NCBI GenBank assembly: GCA_963832155.1
Contig: CAWHTB010000002.1
Span: forward strand, 1,024,908 to 1,088,907
From: an uncultured Actinomycetes bacterium
GTDB lineage: Bacteria; Actinomycetota; Thermoleophilia; Solirubrobacterales; 70-9
Direction: 5' to 3'
Length of the DNA stretch: 64,000 nucleotides
Below, in pieces: positions 9,088 to 17,547 of the stretch; positions within the stretch are counted from its first letter, which is position 1; each line of letters starts with the position of its first letter. The notes under the pieces were generated by a model that was not told the origin of the DNA, ran no database searches, and worked only from the letters and a program-made list of their open reading frames with translations. The translations under genes were made by a program, and so were the position numbers.

Positions 9088-10032
9088 CTATCCGGCCTTG
9101 ACAGTCGTTTCCCTGGCAGGATCGTTGCTGGTCACCTCGGCGGTTTGCACCTCCAGGGGCGCAGTGTCCGACCCGACCTCGGTCCGGCGCAGCCGCTTGC
9201 CGCTCGAGCTTGAGACCCGGTTCAGCCGCTCGCCGCGTGGTTTCGGGGCCCCAAGTGCCTGCGTGCGCTCGATCCGGTGGAGGAACGCCTCCCAATCGGC
9301 CTCCCGGGTACGGCGAGCTTCGAGGTGCTGTCGTTGGGTGCGGCGGTCCCAGAGGTCGAGGCCAACTCGCCAGCCTGAATAGGCAAGGCCGAGGGCAAGC
9401 ACAATCGCGGCCAGCACCAGCAGGGCATTGGAGTCCGAGCCCCCCCGCTCGCTGGAGTTCGCGGGCACAGCAGCGGGCGGCGGAGACGCCGATCTCTCGT
9501 TGCCGCCCTGAGGCGCTTTGGGCAGAGCCACCGCGGCGGCGGTGCCGACGTCCACGTTGGCGGCCTTGGCGATCGGGGCGGGCGGCGCCACCGGCCGGGT
9601 GGCGCTCTCCGCTTGACGCGGGCTCGCGGCATCCTCGAAGGTCGGCGGCGCCGACGATTCCAGTTCGTCGTAGCCAGCTGAACCGGCGGTGTAGGAGGGT
9701 TCTTCGCCGGTCGACGTGACCTGTTCCGAATCGCCGCTGTCGTTGCCGTTGCTGCCGGCGCCGCTTCCGAGCGAACTTCCACGCCGGATTGAGGAAGTCC
9801 CGTCGCTGGAAGTTCCCGTGCCAGGACCCACCGGGGTCCAGCCCGTCGAACCCGGTGAGGAGGCGGCGGGTTCCGCCGGGGCGCTAGGAGATTCGGTCGC
9901 GGTTTCTCCCGGCGGTGGAGCGCCGCCGGATTCTTCTCCGGTCGTCACCGCCCCCGCGGGCGACGCGGCCACCAGGGTCATCGCTGCAACGACTATCGCA
10001 AGCCCAATAGAGCGATGCAGGCGCAGCCTCAT
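9088..10032 (-). CDS. Pro/Ser/Gly-rich secreted protein with C-proximal TM helix
   Basis: ATG at 10032 gives signal-like MRLRLHRSIGLAIVVAAMTLVAASPAGA; long low-complexity region; TM ALLVLAAIVLALGLAYSGW; basic cytoplasmic tail. Divergent from the Ig-repeat gene. Confidence 0.6.
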   Translation of the reverse strand: MRLRLHRSIGLAIVVAAMTLVAASPAGAVTTGEESGGAPPPGETATESPSAPAEPAASSPGSTGWTPVGPGTGTSSDGTSSIRRGSSLGSGAGSNGNDSGDSEQVTSTGEEPSYTAGSAGYDELESSAPPTFEDAASPRQAESATRPVAPPAPIAKAANVDVGTAAAVALPKAPQGGNERSASPPPAAVPANSSERGGSDSNALLVLAAIVLALGLAYSGWRVGLDLWDRRTQRQHLEARRTREADWEAFLHRIERTQALGAPKPRGERLNRVSSSSGKRLRRTEVGSDTAPLEVQTAEVTSNDPARETTVKAG

Positions 10033-10184
10033 TTGCCGACTCGTTCCGTCATAGTTCAAAAGGTGGACGCATATTGTAGATCGGTGTCGGAAACTGCGAC
10101 GAAAAAGTCGCTAAGAGCGAGAAAAAGCTTGGTTTTCAGGGAACGCGGGCGCGCCGGGAGCTTCAACAGGGCGCTCTGATAAGG

Positions 10185-13100
10185 ATGAGAATTTTTCACC
10201 GGACCGCGCTTGGAGGGTCGGCAGGCGCCGGCATCGCGACGTGCCTGGGGTTGGTGCTCGCAGCCACCTCCTCAGCCGCCACGCCGACGCTGGGCGTTAC
10301 GGCCACCGACGCGATCGTCGGGCAGGCGATTCATGCAACCGCTCAACTCTCCGAAAGCACCGATGCCTCCGGGGAGATCTCCTTCGAAGTGTTCGGACCG
10401 GGCGACCCGGGCGACCCGGACTGCTCCGGGCCTGACTTGACGCCGGCTCCGGCGTCGGCGTCAGTGGACGGCGACGGGGAATATTCCTCCGGAAACTTCA
10501 CCCCGCCCGTCGCCGGGAGCTATTTCTGGAGCGCCCATTACCCGGGTGACGTGGACAACGATCCAGCCGAGTCCATCTGCTCAGCGGTTTCGACCGTCGA
10601 TAAGGCTTCACCCTCGCTTGCAGGGTCCGCGACCTCCGGGGTCACCGTCGGCTCGACGATCACCGACGAAGCGACGCTCACCGGAGGTTTTGAAGCCGGC
10701 GGCCAGCTCGTCTTCCGCGCCTTCGGGCCAAACAACCAAGCCTGCGCGGGCGCCCCCAAATACCAAGATACGGTCGCTGTCGACGGCAATGGCTCCTACT
10801 CACCATCTGGATTCGCCCCGGTGCCAGCGGGGCTCTACCGCTGGACCGTCGAATACGAAGGTGACCAAAACAACAAACCGGCCGACTTGGGCTGCGGGGC
10901 TTCCAACCAGTCCTCAGCCGTGAACAGAGCTTCACCGATCCTCTCAGGGTTGGCAACCTCCGTCGTCACCGTCGGCTCTCCGATTCACGACGAGGTGACC
11001 TTCACCGGAGCCTTCTCTCCCACCGGCGAAGTGACTTTCAAGGTCTTCGGGCCGACTGACACCGACTGCTCAGTGCCGTTGGCAACGGATGCCGTGCCCG
11101 TACAGGGTGGCCAGGCTACCTCTGCGAATTTCCTTGCTCAGCAGGCCGGGGAATTCCGCTGGACCGCGGATTACCCCGGGGACGCAAACAACGAACCGGC
11201 CAGCCTGCCTTGCAACGCCACCAACCAGACCTCGACCGTCAACAAAGACTCACCGAACCTTTCAGGGTCGGCGACCTCCACCGTCATGGTCGGTTCGACG
11301 ATCACCGACGAAGCGACGCTCTCCGGCGGCTTTCAGGCCGGCGGTCAGCTCGTCTTCCGCGCCTTCGGCCCCGGCAATGAGACCTGCACGGGCACCCCCC
11401 AACACGAGGAGGCGGTCGCCGTCAACGGCAACGGCTCCTATTCGCCGGCCGGGTTTATCGCGGCACCGGCGGGGTCCTACCGCTGGACCGTCGCTTACGA
11501 AGGGGATGGCAACAACGAACCGGCCAGCCTCCCCTGCAACGCCGCCAACCAGACCTCGACCGTCAACAAAGACTCGCCGAACCTCTCGGGGGCGGCGACC
11601 TCCACCGTCACGGTCGGTTCGACGATCACCGACGAAGCGACCCTCACCGGCGGCTTTCAGCCCAGCGGTCAGCTCGTCTTCCGCGCCTTCGGCCCCGGCA
11701 ACGAGACCTGCATGGGCACCCCCCAATACCAGGAAGCTGTCGCCGTCAACGGCAACGGCTCCTATTCGCCGGCCGGGTTTGTCGCATCTCCCGCGGGGCT
11801 CTACCGCTGGACCGTCGAATACGGAGGCGACGCGAGCAACGAACCGGACAGCTTGGGCTGCAACGCCGCAGGCCAAAGCTCCACTGTCAACAAAGCCTCG
11901 CCGTCGCTCGCGGGGATCGCGAGCTCCGCCGTCGTCGGCTCGCCGATTCACGACGAAGTGACCCTCACCGGGGACTTCTCTCCCACCGGGGAAGTGACCT
12001 TTTCGGTCTATGGGCCGACGGATACCGGCTGTTCGACGCCGCTGGTAACGGGGTCCGTACCCATCCAGGGCAACCACGCCACTTCCGCGAACTTCCTCCC
12101 CCAGCAAGCCGGGGAATTCCGTTGGACCGCGGACTACCCGGGTGACGCGAACAACGAACCGGCCAGCCTCCCCTGCGGCGCCACCAACCAAACCTCGATC
12201 GCAAGCAAAGCCTCACCGAACCTCTCGGGGACGGCGACCTCTGCGATCACGGTCGGTGAAGAGATCACCGACAACGTCACTCTCACCGGCGGCTTTGAGG
12301 CCGGCGGTCAACTCACCTTCCGCGCCTTCGGCCCCAACGACCAAACCTGCGCGACCACTCCCAAATACGAAGATACGGTCACCGTCAACGGCGATGGCTC
12401 CTATTCCCCGTCCCCTCCTGAGTTCGTCCCGGCGCTGGCGGGGCTCTACCGCTGGACCGTGGAATACGGGGGCGACGCGAACAACGAACCGGCCAGCCTG
12501 CCATGCGGGACCACCAACCAGGCTTCGGCGGTCGGCACTGTTTCCGTGACCCTTTCAGCCAGCGCCACCAGCGCCACTGTCGGGGGCTCCGTAACCGCCA
12601 TGGCGTCGATCCAGGAAGGAGCGATTCCGGCCGGGCAGATCACCTTCAAAGCGTTCCCTCCGAGCGACGCGACTTGCTCGGGCGCCGCCGCCTTCAGCTC
12701 GACCGTCGGCGTTTCGGGGCTCGGCTCCTACCGTTCGGCCGCATTCGTGCCTCCTCGGGTCGGCATCTTCCGGTGGACCGTCGGGTACTCGGGCGACCCG
12801 AACCACGCCCCAGCGGCCGTCGGTTGCGGCGGAGCGACGTCCGGTGTCTCCCAGGCAAGGCCCACGATCGCCACCGGCGCCGTCGGGCAGCGATTCGTCG
12901 TCGGTGCCCCGTTCCGTGCCGCTGCGACGCTGCAGGGGGGTTTCGCGCCCGCCGGCACGGTCACCTTTCGGATCTACGGCCCGGGCGCGGGGGACTGTGT
13001 CAAACCGCTCTCGGTCAACACCGTCGCCATCGCCGGGAACGGCGCCTTCCTCTCGGATCCGTTCGTTCCGCAGCGCCCCGGTCGCTACCGGTTCGTGGCG

Positions 13101-13490
13101 AGCTATTCGGGCGACGCGTCGAACCAAGGGGCCGCCGAGGCGTGTGGCTTGGCCGGCCAAATAGCCCAGGCGCAAAAGCGAACGCCGAAAGTGAAGCCGC
13201 GCGCGCGTTTGAGCGGCAGGCAGATCTCGATACGCGCGCGCCTCTCGGGCACGATGTCTCCCTCCGGGGCAATCACCTTTCGCCTCTACGGGCCGGGCAA
13301 CAAGCGGTGCAAAGCTGCCCCCGCCTTCAGCGGCAGTATCGGGGTGAAGTCGAACGGCAGCTACTTGCTGGCCAAGTACCTCGCAACCCAACGAGGCATC
13401 TACCGCCTCAGCGTCGGCTACTCCGGGGACCTGCGCAACCGGCGAGACCCCGGCAGCTGTCGCGCCGCACAGCTTCTCCAGGTCGACTGA
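10185..13490 (+). CDS. secreted Ig-like domain repeat protein (10 tandem modules)
   Basis: Signal peptide, then ten modules of roughly 105-109 aa, each with two conserved Cys and a Y/F-RWT-x-Y-x-GD-x-N motif reminiscent of bacterial Ig-like (Big) repeats. Confidence 0.85.
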   Translation: MRIFHRTALGGSAGAGIATCLGLVLAATSSAATPTLGVTATDAIVGQAIHATAQLSESTDASGEISFEVFGPGDPGDPDCSGPDLTPAPASASVDGDGEYSSGNFTPPVAGSYFWSAHYPGDVDNDPAESICSAVSTVDKASPSLAGSATSGVTVGSTITDEATLTGGFEAGGQLVFRAFGPNNQACAGAPKYQDTVAVDGNGSYSPSGFAPVPAGLYRWTVEYEGDQNNKPADLGCGASNQSSAVNRASPILSGLATSVVTVGSPIHDEVTFTGAFSPTGEVTFKVFGPTDTDCSVPLATDAVPVQGGQATSANFLAQQAGEFRWTADYPGDANNEPASLPCNATNQTSTVNKDSPNLSGSATSTVMVGSTITDEATLSGGFQAGGQLVFRAFGPGNETCTGTPQHEEAVAVNGNGSYSPAGFIAAPAGSYRWTVAYEGDGNNEPASLPCNAANQTSTVNKDSPNLSGAATSTVTVGSTITDEATLTGGFQPSGQLVFRAFGPGNETCMGTPQYQEAVAVNGNGSYSPAGFVASPAGLYRWTVEYGGDASNEPDSLGCNAAGQSSTVNKASPSLAGIASSAVVGSPIHDEVTLTGDFSPTGEVTFSVYGPTDTGCSTPLVTGSVPIQGNHATSANFLPQQAGEFRWTADYPGDANNEPASLPCGATNQTSIASKASPNLSGTATSAITVGEEITDNVTLTGGFEAGGQLTFRAFGPNDQTCATTPKYEDTVTVNGDGSYSPSPPEFVPALAGLYRWTVEYGGDANNEPASLPCGTTNQASAVGTVSVTLSASATSATVGGSVTAMASIQEGAIPAGQITFKAFPPSDATCSGAAAFSSTVGVSGLGSYRSAAFVPPRVGIFRWTVGYSGDPNHAPAAVGCGGATSGVSQARPTIATGAVGQRFVVGAPFRAAATLQGGFAPAGTVTFRIYGPGAGDCVKPLSVNTVAIAGNGAFLSDPFVPQRPGRYRFVASYSGDASNQGAAEACGLAGQIAQAQKRTPKVKPRARLSGRQISIRARLSGTMSPSGAITFRLYGPGNKRCKAAPAFSGSIGVKSNGSYLLAKYLATQRGIYRLSVGYSGDLRNRRDPGSCRAAQLLQVD
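11247..11894 (+). repeat. two adjacent near-identical 324-bp coding repeat units (modules 4 and 5 of the Ig-repeat gene)
   Basis: Units start at 11247 and 11571 (period exactly 324 bp). Both begin GACTC.CCGAACCT and share long identical runs (e.g. ggtcggttcgacgatcaccgacgaagcgac, cagctcgtcttccgcgccttcggccccggcaa). Confidence 0.85.
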
Positions 13491-13530
13491 CCTCACCGAG
13501 CCCGCCTCCGCGGGACCGAGGCAGTCTTGC

Positions 13531-13940
13531 TCAGCCGCGAAGTGCTCGCCAGACAACCCCTGGCCGTCTAGCGACCTTCGGTCCGAGGATCAGGCCGAAT
13601 AGCGTCAGGGCCAGCCAGGGTCGAAGGTGAGGGCTGATCTTGCGGATACGGCCATCGGGTTCCAACTCGAAGACCATCGCGTCGGTCATATGCACAGGCC
13701 CGAGCCGTGCATGCCCCAGAGCGACCCAATGCTCGTTTTCGCCGAGCGTTCGCGTCCAGCGCAGCCCCTTCAGGCTCCCGTACACAGCGCTGAGCAGAAC
13801 CTCGACGTCGTCTCGCCCCGAAAGACCATTCGGCCCGAGATCGGGGAGACGACCTCGATATCCGCGGTGAGCGAACTCATGATCCCGTCGATGTCTCCAG
13901 CCTCGGAGGCAGACAGATAACGCTCCACCGACTCGTCCAT
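13531..13940 (-). pseudogene. NTF2/SnoaL-like protein gene interrupted by a 1-nt frameshift
   Basis: ATG at 13940 reads MDESVERYLSASEAGDIDGIMSSLTADIEVVSPISGRMVFRG. The sequence then continues in another frame as RDDVEVLLSAVYGSLKGLRW...; the switch lies in the C-run at 13816-13819. Confidence 0.6.
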
Positions 13941-14072
13941 GGGATAACCATATGGCGGCTGAGATCCGAAGAGCTTCGGGTGCTGCAGTCGTGCGGGTCA
14001 TCCGATTGTTCATCCTTGATGGCGAGCGTTCGGTACTGGCTCGCCGGAGGGGACCTCACGTAGGAACTAGAT

Positions 14073-14092
14073 ATTAGCTAATCCCTAATAAA
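14073..14092. promoter_or_regulatory. AT-rich motif ATTAGCTAATCCCTAATAAA (contains perfect palindrome ATTAGCTAAT)
   Basis: Read directly; lies just 3' of the two-gene cassette. 16/20 identical to 15555-15574 in the cassette promoter region. Confidence 0.4.
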
Positions 14093-14101
14093 TCTCAGAT
14101 A

Positions 14102-14842
14102 TCAGGAAGCAGCTAATAGCAGCAGGGCGATCACCGCGGCGATGATGACGCTGGTGAACGTGCCAACGAGGAAGTACTCGGTGAGCCCATCGATTTTGGC
14201 TCCATTGTTTTCTCGGCTGATCTCGGGGAAGCGGAGCAGTCCCTTCGCTGCGATCACGAAGCCGGCTCCGGCGAGGTCGCCCGAGACGATCGAAGCGGCG
14301 ACGATCAAGCGCTCCATCGGGCCAAGGAACCGCCCCCCTTTGAGTGGTTCCGGCTTCTCGTCTACCTCGGTGTCTTCCTTGGTCGCTGCGAGCACGAGCA
14401 CGACGATCCGGTTACTCGTCGCGAGCAGGAAGAGAAATGCCCCGACGCCAAGGACGAACTGATCCACGGGCACCAAGCCCGACGCGGCGACGGAGAGGGG
14501 GAGGCTTTCGTACCAGTCCTGCAGCGAGCCCCCGACCGGACTCGCCGATCCACTCGCGGCGACCGTGCCCACGAGCGCGACGGTCGGCAGCACGAGCGCC
14601 CAGACATAGTGTCGCTGGGTTCCGAATTTCCAGTCGACCAGCAGCCAGGCGACCGCGGGCAGGGCGACGATCGTCGTCAGCGCGACCGAGCACCAGTCCA
14701 TGCCGCTCAGTCGCGCCATGCCCCAGGTTGCGACGAGGGTGCCGCCGATCGCGATCGAGGTTCGGAGCCGCACCTTCTCTGGTACCAGCCTCAGCAGGTC
14801 ACCCACCCCGAAGGCGAGCAGGGCGAGAGCCGGCAGGATCAC
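14102..14842 (-). CDS. multi-pass membrane protein (about 7 TM), DUF3307/SatE-like
   Basis: 246 aa; GTG start overlaps the upstream stop (GTGA). Repeated hydrophobic helices; GRFLGPMERLIV...IAAKGLLRF resembles the DUF3307 signature as recalled from memory. Confidence 0.65.
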   Translation of the reverse strand: MILPALALLAFGVGDLLRLVPEKVRLRTSIAIGGTLVATWGMARLSGMDWCSVALTTIVALPAVAWLLVDWKFGTQRHYVWALVLPTVALVGTVAASGSASPVGGSLQDWYESLPLSVAASGLVPVDQFVLGVGAFLFLLATSNRIVVLVLAATKEDTEVDEKPEPLKGGRFLGPMERLIVAASIVSGDLAGAGFVIAAKGLLRFPEISRENNGAKIDGLTEYFLVGTFTSVIIAAVIALLLLAAS

Positions 14843-15522
14843 CAGGAGCCACCTTCGAGGCGGGCCTGGGCCATGTGGACGGCGTTGGCGCCGCTGCGCG
14901 CGAGGTTCTGGGAGATCGCGCCCTGGGTCTTTCCCTCAGCTGCGGCTATCCGCGACTGCGACCACCCTCGCATCAAGCCGTAGAGGCGCCGGCGGCTCTG
15001 GGTGTTCATCCGGTCGATCATTGCGTCGCGGCAGAACAGGAAGGCATTCAGGGAGGCGGCCTCCGCAAGTGCGGCATTTCCGTCGCTCGGGTCCGGCTCG
15101 AAATAGGTGCGGACGAAGGAGGTCGAGTTGGCGTCGGCCATCTCCTTCGCGACATCGATCCCACGCCGCGCCGTCCACCAGCCGGGGCCGTCCTGGGAAA
15201 CGGGCTTGCGCGCCGCGAAGACGGTGATCGGTCCGTGGCCGAGCCCGAACCTCGTGTCGACTTCAGCGCGTTCGAAGAACACCAACCGGATGACCAGGCT
15301 CGCCCGAACCGCTTCCGCGACGCTCACGAACCCCCCTTGGAACTCGTCCCCGATCGTCGGTTCGAGGCGCAGCGCCGGCCTCAGCTCTTTGTTCATCTGC
15401 CGAAGCATCGCCCCGAGCTGCTTCTGGAGGGCGGGTCGATCGTCGGCATGTCGTGACCCGACGATGTCGCCGATCAGGGTGTAGACGGGTCCGTGTAGAC
15501 GGAGGATCTCTGGTTTCGGCAT
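14839..15522 (-). CDS. SatD-like protein: cyclase-fold-like N-domain fused to C-terminal HTH
   Basis: 227 aa. IGDIVGSR, TIGDEFQGGF, RFGLGHGPI and WWTARRGIDVAKE parallel the class III cyclase motifs of the cyclase at 58079..61126. C-terminal WSQSRIAAAEGKTQGAISQNLARS is HTH-like. Confidence 0.65.
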   Translation of the reverse strand: MPKPEILRLHGPVYTLIGDIVGSRHADDRPALQKQLGAMLRQMNKELRPALRLEPTIGDEFQGGFVSVAEAVRASLVIRLVFFERAEVDTRFGLGHGPITVFAARKPVSQDGPGWWTARRGIDVAKEMADANSTSFVRTYFEPDPSDGNAALAEAASLNAFLFCRDAMIDRMNTQSRRRLYGLMRGWSQSRIAAAEGKTQGAISQNLARSGANAVHMAQARLEGGSW

Positions 15523-15574
15523 AGCTATTAGAGGATAGCTAATAAAGACAGGAAATTAGCTATTTCCTAATAGG
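15522..15574. promoter_or_regulatory. AT-rich region with three TAGCTA cores upstream of the SatD-like gene
   Basis: TAGCTA at 15522, 15536 and 15557; CTATTAG (15525) and CTAATAG (15567) form an inverted pair; strongly AT-rich in a high-GC genome. Confidence 0.4.
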
Positions 15575-15641
15575 CACAAAAAGCTGCAGATGGATGGTTG
15601 GAGGCTCACCAGGGGTCGGCCCTGATCCTGTTGTCTACTCA

Positions 15642-15715
15642 TCGGGGCGCCCGGATTTGAACCGGGGACCTCACCGACCCGAACGGTGCGCGCTACCAGG
15701 CTGCGCCACGCCCCG
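15642..15715 (-). tRNA. tRNA-Pro (anticodon CGG)
   Basis: Reverse complement CGGGGCGTGGCGCAGCCTGGTAGCGCGCACCGTTCGGGTCGGTGAGGTCCCCGGTTCAAATCCGGGCGCCCCGA folds as a cloverleaf: 7-bp acceptor stem, anticodon loop TTCGGGT, T-loop GGTTCAAATCC. No encoded CCA. Confidence 0.9.
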
Positions 15716-15805
15716 AGAGCGGGGATTATCCCAGAGCGAGGCCGGGACGCGGTGCCGGGACCTCTCCCGCTACTTTTCGCCTGGCCCCGGTTCCCCAAGG
15801 AGACC

Positions 15806-16900
15806 ATGACCCGCAAGCTGATTCCGTTCCTGTTCCTCGTGCTGCTCGCGCTCGCGCCGGCGACCGCGCGAGCGGGGCTTCCCCCTGGGTTCATCGGCAT
15901 CTCGCCGCAGAACGCGTCCAACGAGAAGGACTTCGAGCTGATGCGCCGGGCCGGGATCGAGAGCGTGCGGGTGCAGCTCAACTGGGGCGGCGTCGAGAGC
16001 GAGAGCCCGCTGCTGGTCGAACCGAACTGGAGCGGCTTCGACCGCGAGGTCGAGCTGGCCGCCGAAGCCGGGCTCCGGGTGATGCCGTTCGTCCTCGGCT
16101 CGCCCGACTGGGTGACGCCGGAGCCGCTCGAGTTGCCGGTGCGCAGCTCCTGGCAGCGCTGGGCCTGGGCCTCCTTCCTGCGCTCCGCGGCCGATCGCTA
16201 TGGCCCGCAGGGCATCTTCTGGGAAGAGCACCCTGAACTTCGCTTCTTGCCGATCCGGAAATGGGAGATCTGGAACGAGCAGAACATCGTCAGCTTCACG
16301 CCCCGGCCTGATCCGGTCAGGTTCGCGACGCTGATCCGGTCCGCCGGCCGGGCGCTGCATGCGGTCGACCCCGGCGCCCAGGTGATCCTCGGTGGCCTCT
16401 TCGGGCGACCGCTCCAGATCCCGCCGAACATCGCCTCGGGGGATTTCCTCAATCGCTTTTACAAGGCCGGGAACGTGAAGCCGTACTTCGACGGCGTCGC
16501 CCTGCACCCCTATGTCGCCGATGCGCTGGCGATGGGAGCTCAGATGGAGAACCTGCGGCGAATCATGCGCCTGCACGGCGACGCCCGCACGGCGACCTAC
16601 GTGACCGAGCTGGGATGGGGCTCCCGCGGCGGCCCGACGCGGTGGGAGCGTGGCCTCTTCGGGCAGGCGGAACAGCTCTCCCGCGCCTTCGAGTTGCTTT
16701 CGGACAACCGGTTGCGCTGGCGGGTTCGCGGCGCCTGGTGGTTCACCTGGAGCGACGAAGGCGGCGCCTGCGCGTTCTGCGGCTCGGCCGGGCTGCTGAC
16801 CGCCGCCCGCGAGGCGAAGCCCTCCTGGTACCGGTTCAACGAATGGACCGGCGGCAATCCCGAAGCGGCCGAGCGCTCGCTGATCGGTGACGCTGGCTAG
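15806..16900 (+). CDS. secreted clan GH-A (GH5-like) glycoside hydrolase
   Basis: AAGGAG RBS before the ATG at 15806; signal peptide [23 protein letters not shown]; acid/base motif WEIWNEQN and nucleophile-like VTELGW. Confidence 0.75.
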   Translation: MTRKLIPFLFLVLLALAPATARAGLPPGFIGISPQNASNEKDFELMRRAGIESVRVQLNWGGVESESPLLVEPNWSGFDREVELAAEAGLRVMPFVLGSPDWVTPEPLELPVRSSWQRWAWASFLRSAADRYGPQGIFWEEHPELRFLPIRKWEIWNEQNIVSFTPRPDPVRFATLIRSAGRALHAVDPGAQVILGGLFGRPLQIPPNIASGDFLNRFYKAGNVKPYFDGVALHPYVADALAMGAQMENLRRIMRLHGDARTATYVTELGWGSRGGPTRWERGLFGQAEQLSRAFELLSDNRLRWRVRGAWWFTWSDEGGACAFCGSAGLLTAAREAKPSWYRFNEWTGGNPEAAERSLIGDAG

Positions 16901-16947
16901 AGGCTAGGCTCCGCAGGAACCTTCCACACGAGCTAAGGAGATCTTCG

Positions 16948-17547
16948 ATGGCTTTCTCGGTCCCGGACCTGCCGTACGCCTACGACGCGCTCGAGCCTCA
17001 TATCGATGAGGAAACGATGCGCATCCACCACGACAAGCACCACCAGGCCTACGTCGACAAAGCCAACGGTGCCCTTGAGGGAACCGAGTGGGCTGACCGC
17101 GAGGTCGAGGACGTGCTTCGCAACCTCTCCAGCCTTCCTGGCGACAAGCAGGGGCCGGTCCGCAACAACGCCGGCGGCCACTACAACCACTCGCTGTTCT
17201 GGGAGATGATGAGCCCCGACGGCGGCGGTGAGCCCGAGGGCGAGCTGGCCTCCGCGATCACCGACACCTTCGGCTCCTTCGACGCCTTCAAGGAAGAGTT
17301 CAAAAACGCCGGGATCGCCCGCTTCGGCTCTGGCTGGGCCTGGCTGGTCAAGGACTCCTCCGGCCTGGCGGTGGTCTCGACCCCGAACCAGGACTCGCCG
17401 ATCTCAGACGGCAGCGTGGCGCTACTCGGGTGCGACGTCTGGGAGCACGCCTACTACCTCAAGTACCAGAACAAGCGCCCGGACTACCTCGACGCCTTCT
17501 GGAACGTCGTCAACTGGAGCTACGTGGCGGAGAGGTTCGCCGAGTAG
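16948..17547 (+). CDS. sodA: Fe/Mn superoxide dismutase
   Basis: [25 protein letters not shown] and [18 protein letters not shown] signatures. Metal specificity not determined. Confidence 0.95.
   Translation: MAFSVPDLPYAYDALEPHIDEETMRIHHDKHHQAYVDKANGALEGTEWADREVEDVLRNLSSLPGDKQGPVRNNAGGHYNHSLFWEMMSPDGGGEPEGELASAITDTFGSFDAFKEEFKNAGIARFGSGWAWLVKDSSGLAVVSTPNQDSPISDGSVALLGCDVWEHAYYLKYQNKRPDYLDAFWNVVNWSYVAERFAE

Noticed and set aside
10600-12500. Regularly spaced DNA repeats that might be mistaken for a CRISPR-like array
   Set aside because: The period is 315-327 bp, in frame within one long ORF, and encodes Ig-like protein modules. There are no short repeat/spacer units.
13500-15720. tRNA-Pro-linked integrative element spanning the NTF2 pseudogene and the SatD/DUF3307-like cassette
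   Set aside because: There is no integrase or excisionase, and I found no duplicated copy of the tRNA 3' end at the distal side. Only the AT-rich TAGCTA motifs and lower GC hint at mobility, and these are reported separately as an open question.
17520-17547. 28-bp convergent overlap of sodA with the GMC oxidoreductase gene (and a 56-bp overlap of the plsC-like and MBL genes at 37985-38040)
   Set aside because: Both partners have solid family signatures, and the overlaps involve only poorly conserved C-terminal tails. They are probably incidental consequences of late stop codons in high-GC DNA rather than regulatory features.
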